A stretch of 64,000 nt of DNA from contig CAWFAK010000009.1 in the NCBI GenBank assembly GCA_963813715.1, positions 416,001 to 480,000 of the forward strand. The letters are read 5' to 3'. The position numbers and the translations under genes were made by a program. The notes below the pieces were generated by a model, which was not told the DNA's origin, ran no database searches, and worked only from the letters and a program-made list of their open reading frames with translations. Of the stretch, positions 54,766 through 64,000 are shown piece by piece. This stretch comes from an uncultured Planctomycetaceae bacterium. Lineage in GTDB: Bacteria > Planctomycetota > Planctomycetia > Planctomycetales > Planctomycetaceae. Position 1 is the stretch's first letter. Each line of letters begins with the position of its first letter.

Positions 54766-56340
54766 TTAGAGAGTGGGGCCGATGCTCCAGGGGCAGAACT
54801 CGTCGTCACCGATGCCCTGCAGCTCGCTCTTGGTGTGCTCGCCGCTGGCGACCGATACGATCTTCTCGAAAATCTCCTGGCCTACCTCTTGCACTGAAGC
54901 CCCCTCAAGGATGCGGCCCGCGTTGATGTCCATATCCTCGATCATGTGTTCGTAAAGCGGCGTGTTCGTCGCCACCTTGATTGACGGAACCGGTTTGCAG
55001 CCGAAGCAACTCCCCCGCCCGGTCGTGAACACCACGACGTTGGCCCCGCCGGCGATCAGGCCCGTAACCGACGCTGGGTCAAACCCGGGCGTATCCATGA
55101 AGACGAAGCCTTTTTCCGTCACCGGTTCCGCATAGCCGTAAACGGCCCGCAGCGCGGTCGTCCCCCCCTTGGCGATGGCTCCGAGCGACTTTTCGTAAAT
55201 CGTCGTCAGGCCCCCCTTTTTGTTGCCGACCGAAGGATTGTTGTTTATCTCCGCGCCGAAGAAGGCCGTATAACGCTCCCACCATTTGATGAGGTCAACC
55301 AGCTTCTGACCGACCTCCGGCGAGACGGCCCGCCGCGTGAGCAAGTGCTCGCCCCCATAAATCTCCGGAGTCTCGGCCAGGATCGACGTGGCTCCGTGGG
55401 CCACCAGCAGATCGCTGGCGTAACCCAGCGCCGGGTTGGCGGTCACGCCGCTCGAGCCGTCGCTGCCACCGCAATTGGTGCCCAGCATGATTTCGGAGAC
55501 GGGGATCGGCTCGCGTTGGGCTCGATTGACCTCGGGCAACATCTCTTTCAAGAGGCCGGTGGCCCGCTCGACCGTGCGACGCACTCCGCCGACTTCTTGA
55601 ATGTTCATCACCAGCCGCGAGCGACCCGCTGATTGATTCGCCGGCTGTCCGGGAATGTCGAGCTGAGTGAGGCCGTAGTTGTCGACCAGGAACGACGCCT
55701 GCCCCGTCTCGCATCCCAGACCAATCACCAGGTACGCGGCAATGTTCGGGTGCTTGGCAAAGCCGCTCAGCACCCGCGCCAATTGCTGATGATCGTCGCC
55801 GCCATACTGCATCGCGCAGCCCGCCTTGTGTACGAGGGGCACCACGCCGTCGATGTTGGGATACTCGTCCAGGATGCGCTGATCGAACCGCTGCGCGACG
55901 AATCGCGAAGTGGCGGCCGAACAATTGACCGTGCTGACGATGCCGATGTAGTTCCGCGTGGCTGCCCGGCCGTCCGCGCGGCGGTAGCCCATGAACGTGC
56001 GGCCGGCAATCGGCGCGGGCGCCGGCGGGACGTCGCTGGCAAACGCGTAATCGAGACTGAGCGTTCCTGCCTCGACGTTGTGCGTGTGCACCCATTGCCC
56101 AGGGGCAATGTCGGCCGTGGCGAAGCCGATGATCTGCCCGTACTTTCGCACGGCCGCACCGCGGGCGATAGGCAGCACGGCCACTTTGTGCCCGATCTCC
56201 ACGCGCTCGCCGACGGTGATCGGCCCAGGCGTGCCCTCGACGTCGATCTCCGTGCCGGGACGGATGGTGCGCTTGGCGATCGCAATGTTGTCGTCGCGAT
56301 GCAAACGCAAAACGGGCGATTCGGCCAGCGCAGTTGCCAT
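54766..56340 (-). CDS. uxaA: Altronate dehydratase / UxaA family hydrolase (SAF + UxaA domains)
   Basis: GHKVAV...VRKYGQIIG...WVHTHNV, RNYIGIVSTVNCS, CGGSDGSSGVTANPALG, NNPSVGNKKGGLTTIYEKSLG, FTTGRGS. Confidence 0.9.
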   Translation of the reverse strand: MATALAESPVLRLHRDDNIAIAKRTIRPGTEIDVEGTPGPITVGERVEIGHKVAVLPIARGAAVRKYGQIIGFATADIAPGQWVHTHNVEAGTLSLDYAFASDVPPAPAPIAGRTFMGYRRADGRAATRNYIGIVSTVNCSAATSRFVAQRFDQRILDEYPNIDGVVPLVHKAGCAMQYGGDDHQQLARVLSGFAKHPNIAAYLVIGLGCETGQASFLVDNYGLTQLDIPGQPANQSAGRSRLVMNIQEVGGVRRTVERATGLLKEMLPEVNRAQREPIPVSEIMLGTNCGGSDGSSGVTANPALGYASDLLVAHGATSILAETPEIYGGEHLLTRRAVSPEVGQKLVDLIKWWERYTAFFGAEINNNPSVGNKKGGLTTIYEKSLGAIAKGGTTALRAVYGYAEPVTEKGFVFMDTPGFDPASVTGLIAGGANVVVFTTGRGSCFGCKPVPSIKVATNTPLYEHMIEDMDINAGRILEGASVQEVGQEIFEKIVSVASGEHTKSELQGIGDDEFCPWSIGPTL

Positions 56341-56485
56341 TTTCAAAACCTCTCGGATTCTGTCGCTTCCCATCGTCAGCGTAATGCGGCCCGCTGCCGG
56401 CTGCAAACGGCCCGCAAGTCGCGATGGGTCGCGAGCCGTGCTACATTACAAGCGACCTCGTTCGACGCCGCAGCGAAGGCCCTTG

Positions 56486-57883
56486 ATGGCGAAAAACTCC
56501 ACAATAATCGACCGCGCCGAGCTCAAGCAACGCGCCGCGGCCGGTGAAATCGAGACCGTGCTGGCCGTCTTCCCCGACCTCTACGGCCGGCTGATGGGCA
56601 AACGCTTCGACGCGGAGCACTTCCTCGCCCGCATTGCCGAGGGTGGCACGCATGCCTGCAATTACCTGCTCACCGTCGACATGGAAATGGAGCCGGTCGC
56701 TGGCTACGAGTTCGCCAACTGGCAAAAAGGCTACGGCGACTTTCACCTGGTGCCCGACTTCCGCACGCTACGGCAGGCAAGCTGGCTCGACCGAACGGCC
56801 GTCGTGCTCTGCGACCTGCAATCCGAACACGACCACGCGCTGATCGAACCGGCACCCGCACGATGCTGCTCAAGCAGATCGAGGCGGCCTCCAAGCTCGG
56901 CTACGACGCGATGGCCGCCTCAGAGCTCGAGTATTACTTCTTTCGCAATTCGTATCGCGATGCGGCCGCGGCCGAGTACCGCAATCTCGAGCCCGCCGGC
57001 TGGTATCTCGAGGATTATCACGCGCTGCAGGGGACTCGCGAGGAGGATTACAACGGCCTCCTCCGCCGGCATCTCAAGCAGTCGGGCATTGCCGTCGAAT
57101 CGACGAAAGGCGAATGGGGCAAGGGCCAGCATGAGGTGAACGTCGAGTACACCGACGTCCTCTCGATGGCTGACAATCACACAATCTTGAAGCAGTGTGC
57201 CAAGGAGATCGCCGACCGGCTCGGCGTCAGCGTCACCTTCATGGCCAAGCTGTCGGACAAGCAGGCGGGCTCGAGCTGCCACGTGCACTTGAGCCTGTGG
57301 AAAGACGGACGCAACGCGTTCGCCGGCCGCCAGAAGCTGGGCGCGGGCGAAGCGGGCGGCGGCATCGAAGGGTCGGGAATCTTCCTCAAGTTTCTCGCCG
57401 GCTGGCTGGCCCACGCGCCGGAGGTGATGGTCTTTTACGCTCCGAACGTGAATTCGTATAAGCGCTATCAATCGGGCTCATGGGCGCCTACGCATCTGGC
57501 CTGGAGCCGCGACAACCGCACGGCCGGCTTCCGCGTTGTCGGCTCGGGTGAGAGCCTGCGGATCGAGTGCCGCATCCCCGGCGCCGACTGCAATCCGTAC
57601 CTGGTTTACGCGGCCGCCCTGGCATCGGGACTCGACGGCATCGCCAACGATCTGCGGCCGCCGGCCGAATTTCGCGGCGACGCCTATCACGCGTCCGAAC
57701 TTGCCGCACGTCCCCAAAACACTGGCCGAGGCAATCGAGCGATTTGAGCAAAGCGAATTCTGCCGGCGGGCGTTCGGCGCCGACGTGGTGCAACACTACG
57801 CCCACTATTTCCGCACCGAGCAGACATCGTACGATCGGGCGGTTACCGACTGGGAACGCGGCCGTTATTTCGAGCGGATTTGA
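56486..57883 (+). CDS. Glutamine synthetase-like gamma-glutamyl ligase (PuuA/GlnA4-like); indels near 56860 and 57705
   Basis: FPDLYGRLMGK, GYGDF, ASELEYY, GEWGKGQHE, VTFMAK...GSSCHVHLSLW, PNVNSYKR, DNRT, RIECRIPGADCNPY, VTDWERGRYFERI. Confidence 0.88.
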
Positions 57884-57928
57884 GCGGCGGAGTCATTCGG
57901 AAAAATTGGAGCGGGGGAAGCGGAGGTC

Positions 57929-58660
57929 ATGCGGCGTCCCATCATCGGCATCACCACTTATGGCCGCGACGAAGACGGCCGCTTTCGACTGCCGGACGTT
58001 TACGTCGACGCAGTCCGTCGGGCCGGCGGCATCGCCGTCATGATTCCGCCCGGCGACGATCCGTGGGACGAACTCTTCGAGCTGATCGACGGACTGATTT
58101 TCGCCGGCGGCGGCGACGTCGAGCCAACGCTCTATGGCGGCCACTTGCACGAGGCGATTTACGGCGTCGATTCCGAACGCGACCGCAGCGAGCTGGCGCT
58201 GGCCCGGCGAGTGGCGACGTCCGAGCTGCCGACGCTCGGCATCTGCCGCGGCCATCAATTGGTGAACGTGGCCCTTGGCGGGACGCTGCACGAGCACCTG
58301 CCCGACGTCGTGGGCGACGCGGTGGTCCATCGCCTGCCGCCGCGCGAGCCGTCCGAGCACGCCATCACGGTCGACGCCAAATCGCGGCTGGCCGGCATTC
58401 TCGGCGAGTCGAATTTCGCGGCCTCCTCCTGGCATCACCAGGCCATTCGCGAGCCGGCGCAAGGACTCGTCGCCGTCGCCCGCGCTCCGGACGGCACCAT
58501 CGAAGGCTGCGAACTGAAGACGCACCCCTGGCTCTTCACCGTGCAGTGGCACCCGGAACTCACCGCCCACGCCAGCGCGACGCAGCAGCGACTGTTCGAC
58601 GCGCTGGTCGATGCGTGCCGCCAACGGATCGCGGCCGCAAGCCACACGCCGACCAAGTAA
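57929..58660 (+). CDS. Gamma-glutamyl-gamma-aminobutyrate hydrolase family protein (peptidase C26, PuuD-like)
   Basis: RPIIGIT, DGLIFAGGGDV, PTLGICRGHQLVNVALGGTL, SWHHQAI, VQWHPE. Confidence 0.92.
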   Translation: MRRPIIGITTYGRDEDGRFRLPDVYVDAVRRAGGIAVMIPPGDDPWDELFELIDGLIFAGGGDVEPTLYGGHLHEAIYGVDSERDRSELALARRVATSELPTLGICRGHQLVNVALGGTLHEHLPDVVGDAVVHRLPPREPSEHAITVDAKSRLAGILGESNFAASSWHHQAIREPAQGLVAVARAPDGTIEGCELKTHPWLFTVQWHPELTAHASATQQRLFDALVDACRQRIAAASHTPTK

Positions 58661-58717
58661 CGCACGAAGCCTGACGAGGTCGTCCGGCACGGCCTGTCGT
58701 CGCGACAACCGCGGCCG

Positions 58718-59910
58718 TCAGAATTCGCTCAAGATCGGGACGACAGCCGTTCTGGATCGGTCCGCCCGTCACGTGAACTTTGCTGCCGCCGTCGATGTAG
58801 ACGTTCACTTCGCTGCGGATGCCGAACTCGGGCAGGTAGATGCCCGGCTCGATCGAGAAGCAGGTCCGCGGCAGGAGCCGGCGAGTGTCGTGCGTTTCCA
58901 GATCGTCGATGTTGGCGCCGTTGCCGTGCGTCTCCTGGCCGATGCTGTGCCCCGTGCGATGGACGAAGCGATCGCCGTAGCCGGCCGTCTCGATCACCTG
59001 CCGGCACGCCCGGTCGACTTCGCAGCCGGCAATCGGCCGCTTCTCGGCAAAGGCGGCGCGCACCGTTTCGATGGCCGTGTCGCGGGCCTTGGCCACGATC
59101 TGGAAGATTTCGGTGTATGCGCGGCGGCACCGACTTCCCCACGAAGCCGACGCGGGTCAGGTCGCTGTAGACCGCGCGCGGCTTCTGGAGCTTGGCCCAC
59201 AGATCGATGAGCACGAAGTCGCCCTCGCGGATCTCGCTCCCCGGGCCGCTCGAAGTCTCGTGATGCGGATTGCCCGCGTGCGGCCCGACCGCGACGATCG
59301 GCGGGTGCTCGGTCTCCAGGCCGTTCTCGGCAAAATGCTTGAGAATCTCGGCCTGCACCGCGACTTCATCGATGATCGTGCCGCGACGGACGGCGTCCGC
59401 AATGAATCGCCAGGCCCGGCTGTACGCGGCATCGGTGTGCACGGCCGCGTCGAAGTGCGAGCGTTCCTGCTCGTCATCCCAGGCGGCCTCGAAGACCTGG
59501 ATCAGGTCGCCGGAGGAAACGATCTCCACGCCGAGCCGCTTGATCAGCTCGACGGTCCCCGCGTCGACGCGCGAGACGTAAGGGATGGCGTTGTGCGGCG
59601 AATACTCCAGCGCAACCCGCTTCAGGCCGGACAGCAGCCGGCCGAGCCCCGCCTCGAATTCCTGCCACTTGAGATAGACGGTCTTCGACCCGGGCAGGCC
59701 GGCGAGCGCCCCCTCTTCGATGCGATGAACGAGCTTGCGCGGCTCGCCCTTCGCCGGAATGCAATAAGCGTAGCGACGGCTGCCAACGTCCGACGGGGCC
59801 AGGCCCAGCACGCGCTGAGCCAACAGGTTGCTGCCCCGAAAGTCGTAGAGCAGCCAGCCGTCGATACCGAACTCGCCGAGCGCGGACTGAATCGCGGGGA
59901 TGTCGATCAT
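58718..59910 (-). CDS. M24 family Xaa-Pro aminopeptidase (indels near 59120 and 58752)
   Basis: DGWLLYDFRGSN, HAGNPHH, LIDLWAK...YSDLTR, FVHRTGHSIG, CFSIEPGIYLPEFGIRSE; reconstructed end AVVPILSEF*. Confidence 0.88.
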
Positions 59911-60014
59911 TGGGCCCTCGTCTGCCGGTACCAGCGTTCGCGCCGACCGTATCCGCCGCAGCGCCGGACGGCGGCAGCATTCGCGCCGACAAACGGGAGC
60001 GTCTGCCCCGCGTG

Positions 60015-61282
60015 CTACTTAAGGAAGAAGAATCGCTCGGCCTCGCGCACAGTGCGCGGGTCGCGCTGACGCAGTTCCTGCAGATACTTTTTGCCGCGGG
60101 CCGCCGCGTCGGACGCGGATTCGGCCGGCACGTTGCCGCTGGCGGCACCGCCCGTCGACTGCGCGCCCGAGGCCGTTCCCGGCGGCGTCGTCGCGCCGCT
60201 GCCATCGGCCTTGGGATCGGTGCTGGCCAGCATGTAGCGGATGATCGACCGCTTGATCGACGGGATGTTGTAATCACCCTTGCCGTAGAGCGACATCAAC
60301 CGCTCCTGCACGCTCCAGTCTCTCCAGCGGGCCAGGTCGGCGATCACCAGGTCGGCCAGCTCCGGCTGGTCGAGCAACAGCCGCATCGATTGCTGCAGCC
60401 GCTCGTTGGAGATCTTGCCGCCCGCGTACTGCCACATGAACCGCAGCCCCATCATGGCGGCGTACGTTTCGCTGAAGGCGGCCTTCTTGCCGTCGTGGAT
60501 TTTGAACTTCCAGTCGTCGAGGTTGTCGAGACCCGTGTTGCCCGTCAGCAGCAGGTAGCCCGAAATCATCCCGTCCAAGCCAATGCGGAACTCTTCGGCG
60601 TTGGGCTCGATCTTATGGGCGAGCATGGCCGCATCGTCGTTGTTGCCGCACAGGCCGATGAGCATGCCGTAGAGTCCAAGCCGCGTCTGCGGAGTCTCGG
60701 GACTCAAGAGCCAGTGCCGGATCTTGTCCCGAGGCAACAAGGGGGCGACCGCCGCGATATCTTTATAGGGAGCGTTGGCCAGCTCGCCGTACGCATCGTT
60801 TGCGACGAGCTGATCCGGGAATTCCAGAAACTTGATGAAGTACTTGAGCCGCTTGGCGGTGGCCACCTCGGGCGCGGCGCCTGGGCGACGTAGCCGAAGG
60901 CCGGCTCGGTGATTTCAGTCGGGCTGCCCCACTCGACGGCGTTCTCTTTGCCGGCCCGCGTCCCCATCACCAGGAACAAATCGCCGGCTTTGCCCGCGCG
61001 GTAACGGGCCAGATTGATATGGTCCCCCTTCTTCACGGAGTTGTTGGGGGACTTTACCACCTGCAGAACTTCGTACGTGCTGGTGCCCGGATCCTGGTCC
61101 CTGGCCGGCTCCCCTTTGACGAATTGCACCAGGCACACGCCGTCGGCTTGGGCGACCTGCTCGGCCAAAGTCTGCGACGGAGCCGAGCAGAATGGACAGG
61201 CAAGGACCTGGGTGATCGCCCCCGATCCGGCGAAAAGACATCCCGCGGCCAGGAGCCAGAAAACTCGGTGAGAGAGGCGCAT
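60015..61282 (-). CDS. Secreted hypothetical protein with N-terminal CPFC motif and helical C-terminal domain (indel near 60870)
   Basis: Signal peptide followed by ACPFCSAPSQTL (ORF 60704..61366), joined to KRLKYFIKFLE...VANDAYGE...ADLVIADLARWRDW (ORF 60015..60866). Confidence 0.75.
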
Positions 61283-61401
61283 GTGAACAGCTCCTATTCG
61301 CGGCAGGAGGGCGTGCAAAGAGAGGGCTTCAGCACGATTTATTCGGCATTTTGTCGTTATCGTCAAGCCATCGGGCGGGTTGCGGGGTTTCCCGGCGGGG
61401 A

Positions 61402-62208
61402 TTACTTGGAAATGACGGCCGCGTCGTCCATCTCGTACAGGCGATAAAGCTTTCCATCCTCGGCCTCGGGACGGATGTGGAACACGCCCACCACGTCGAA
61501 CGGCCGGTTGGGGATGTAGTTGGTCGTCGTCCCCTCGCGGAGCACCACGTCGAACACGTCATAGATTTTTGGATTGCGCCCGAAGCAACAAATCTGGTTG
61601 TCGCGGGCCAGCCCAAACGCATGGACGCCCGTCTGCTGAAACGTCGGATACATGAAGCCCCGGATGCGAACGCGACGACCGTCGAGCGACTTGAGCCAGG
61701 CCGGCATGTAGTTCTGCGGGTCGGGCAGAACCGGGTCCATGTTGAGCACTTTGAGCAGATCAATGTCGTCGTAGCTCACCCGCAGCGACTCTCCCTCGTT
61801 GCGGAATGTCTTGTTGGGGACTAAGACCTGCACCCTGCGGGACTCCGACGACGCACCGGCCTGCGGGCCCTTGGCGGTCATCTTGACTGAGCCCGGGACA
61901 GAACTGGGGGGCGCGCTGGCGAGCAGTTTCCCTGGGGCCGACGAATTCGGATTCTTCAAGTCGGCCGACGCAGGCTTGTGGGTCGCGGCCGGAGCCGGAT
62001 CTTTGGCCGATGCCTTCGCTGCGGCGACCGCCGTCGCGTTCGGCGCGGCTGGCTCTTTGGCGGCGTCTTTGCCCGCTGCCCGTCCCTCCGCGCGCGTCGA
62101 CCCCTCGTAGGCGTGAAACTGGGAGCCGGAGTTCTGCGTGCAACCGGCGGCGAGCGTCAGGAGGGCGGGAAAGAGCGCGATGACAAAGCATCGTCCCAAA
62201 GAGTGCAT
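61402..62208 (-). CDS. DUF3299-like lipoprotein
   Basis: Lipobox AAGC; low-complexity linker; [17 protein letters not shown]...[11 protein letters not shown]...VVGVFHI. Confidence 0.75.
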   Translation of the reverse strand: MHSLGRCFVIALFPALLTLAAGCTQNSGSQFHAYEGSTRAEGRAAGKDAAKEPAAPNATAVAAAKASAKDPAPAATHKPASADLKNPNSSAPGKLLASAPPSSVPGSVKMTAKGPQAGASSESRRVQVLVPNKTFRNEGESLRVSYDDIDLLKVLNMDPVLPDPQNYMPAWLKSLDGRRVRIRGFMYPTFQQTGVHAFGLARDNQICCFGRNPKIYDVFDVVLREGTTTNYIPNRPFDVVGVFHIRPEAEDGKLYRLYEMDDAAVISK

Positions 62209-62352
62209 ATCAAGTTCCGGTGTGCGTGATCGGAGCGACGTCAAAAGAGGCCCCGCGGACCTTATAGGTTACCGGGCAACTGCGCGGTTCGGACCAGCCC
62301 AGAGGGCAATCCGGAAGGCGCGCTTGCGACGTCGGCTTGCGCACGGCCGACA

Positions 62353-63081
62353 TTAAAACATCGTGCGAGAGTTTTCGGCCAGGGTCCCGTCGATGGAGTA
62401 GACAGGCGTCAATCCGGCCGGACCGCTCGACTTCTGGCAATGGAAGACCCCGCCCACCGACATCATAATCCCCTGGTGGTAGTCGACGCCGCGGCCCGTT
62501 TTCAGCGTGACCATGATCATGTCGTTGATCTTGGGATTGCCGCCAAAGCAGCACTGGGCGTTGTCTTTCACCAGGAGGAACGACTTCAAGCCGCGGGTCT
62601 CGTTCGTGGGATACATGTATCCCTTGATAAACACTTGCTTGCCGTCGAGGGCCTTGACGTCGGGATTGAAGATGTCGGTCTTCCCCTTCTCAAGGATGAA
62701 GCCCTTGTTGGAAATGTCTTCGGTGAAATTCAGCCGTCGAAAGCCCTCGGGGACTTCTGTGCGATAGCCGTTGGCCCAGATGCCCGCACTGGCGCTGAAA
62801 AAGATCAGCGACATCAAAAACCCGCTGACGGCCAGCCACATGCCGCCGTACTCGCCGCGAAACTTGCGCAGGCGGACGATGCAGATGCCGGCCACCACGA
62901 AACCGACGAGGCCGATCGGCACCATGAGCAGTCCGAGAAATCCCAGGGCGGAGAGCAGCCCCAATAGGAAACTGATCGGAGCCAGAATCGGCACCGGCCG
63001 GTAACCGAATTCGTTGGACCGACTTTGGACAGGCAGCGATTGCGCTTCGACGACAGGTTGCGAGACGATCGACTGGGACAT
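62353..63081 (-). CDS. Membrane protein with N-terminal TM (DUF4190-like) and DUF3299-like domain
   Basis: Three hydrophobic segments, then VKALDGKQVFIKGYMYP...FLLVKDNAQCCFGGNP...VGGVFH. Confidence 0.78.
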   Translation of the reverse strand: MSQSIVSQPVVEAQSLPVQSRSNEFGYRPVPILAPISFLLGLLSALGFLGLLMVPIGLVGFVVAGICIVRLRKFRGEYGGMWLAVSGFLMSLIFFSASAGIWANGYRTEVPEGFRRLNFTEDISNKGFILEKGKTDIFNPDVKALDGKQVFIKGYMYPTNETRGLKSFLLVKDNAQCCFGGNPKINDMIMVTLKTGRGVDYHQGIMMSVGGVFHCQKSSGPAGLTPVYSIDGTLAENSRTMF

Positions 63082-63523
63082 CCGAAAATCACCTCGAAAA
63101 CCGACAAAACGCCATAGCGGAATGAAGTTCGAGAATCCGAATCAGCCGGACAAAGAATGAGGCGCCAGAATCAATTGCAGCGGGAGAAAACCCAGCGGCG
63201 GGAGCACCGGCTGGCAGCTTTTCCATCATACCAATCGAGTCTACCTCCGCCACCCCCGCACCCCGCAGTTTTTGTTCCCCGTGCCTTTCCGCACTGCTGA
63301 TCTAACGTGAATGCCGATCGTGCGTTAGGCGAGGGCTTTCGAGCCGGCCGAGCACCCCGTGCACGCGCTCTGGCCTGCTTGCCAACCTGGGTCATCACTT
63401 AAGACGCTTCTCGGCAGCGCAGCGTTGGACTGGTTCTGGCAAAAAATGATGCCCAACCCCCACCTGGCCCAGAAACAGCCGCCCTTAACACTCGGCTAGG
63501 GAGAGCCGGTCAAGGAGCGCCGG

Positions 63524-64000
63524 TTAGGGAGCGCCGTAGAACACCGGGGCCGGTAGCGACGTGCGGTCGCGGACAGTTTGGGCGATGGCGTCTAGCTCGG
63601 CATCGGTCAGCGGCTCGACAAAGTTTTCGGCGGGCTGGCGGGCCACGGTGTACACCTGCACGCTCTTGAGCTGCCCCCCGGCGGCGACGATCTCGTTCAG
63701 CCGATCGCAGAAGGCGGCGATCTCACTCGCAGGGGTCGCCTCGCCCCGAATCCGCATGAACAGGCTTTGGATGACGAGGGGTCGCTTGCAGGCGGCAGCC
63801 GCGATGTTGTCGAGCACCTGACGGAACGGAATCTTCGTCCGCTCGACGAGTTGGTAATACGCCTCGCTTCCCGTTTCGAGCTTCGCCCAGATCTCGCCGT
63901 TGTTGGCGTCCAGAATCTCCAGACCCGCGCTCGACGGCCGGCCGATGGAACATCGTGGCGTTGGTGATCAGCACGAGCTTGACGTCGCCGAGTCCGCGAC
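63524..64000 (-). CDS. C-terminal part of a radical SAM family protein (5' end outside the window; indel near 63925)
   Basis: KLVLITNATMFHRP.../ILDANNGEIWAKLETG...VLDNIAAA...LVIQSLFM...VQVYTVARQPAE. The CxxxCxxC motif would lie outside the window. Confidence 0.65.

Overview
GC-rich bacterial chromosome segment, most likely from a planctomycete (Planctomycetia). The evidence is DUF1559, DUF1501, BBP7-type porin and PQQ-like beta-propeller genes, a ~560-aa sigma-70 protein with an N-terminal extension, and a divergent EF-G. The core (27.8-50.5 kb) is the transcription/translation super-cluster: sigma factor, tRNA-Thr/Tyr/Gly/Thr, tuf, rpmG, tRNA-Trp, secE, nusG, rplK, rplA, rplJ, rplL, rpoB, rpoC, two inserted genes, rpsL, rpsG, fusA-like. 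It is flanked by envelope and metabolic genes: sppA, exbB/exbD/exbD, aceB, TPR-glycosyltransferase, TolC family, isocitrate/isopropylmalate dehydrogenase, lpxK, serine hydrolase, uxaA, a glutamine-synthetase-like/PuuD-like pair, M24 peptidase, a DUF3299 pair and a radical SAM gene. Single-base indels break many genes, including essential ones (tuf, rplL, rpoB, rpoC). I interpret these as long-read consensus errors, so split-gene coordinates are reconstructions. No mobile element, CRISPR array or rRNA was seen. The most notable observations: (1) a synonymously diverged second copy of the NusG C-terminal KOW domain directly behind, and in frame with, the nusG UGA stop; (2) a zinc-ribbon + tandem bL12-CTD-like + transmembrane protein right after rpoC; (3) a sigma factor carrying three extra HTH-like modules; (4) an EF-G2/RRF2-like factor in the str operon. 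All calls come from motif recognition by eye; no database searches were run.
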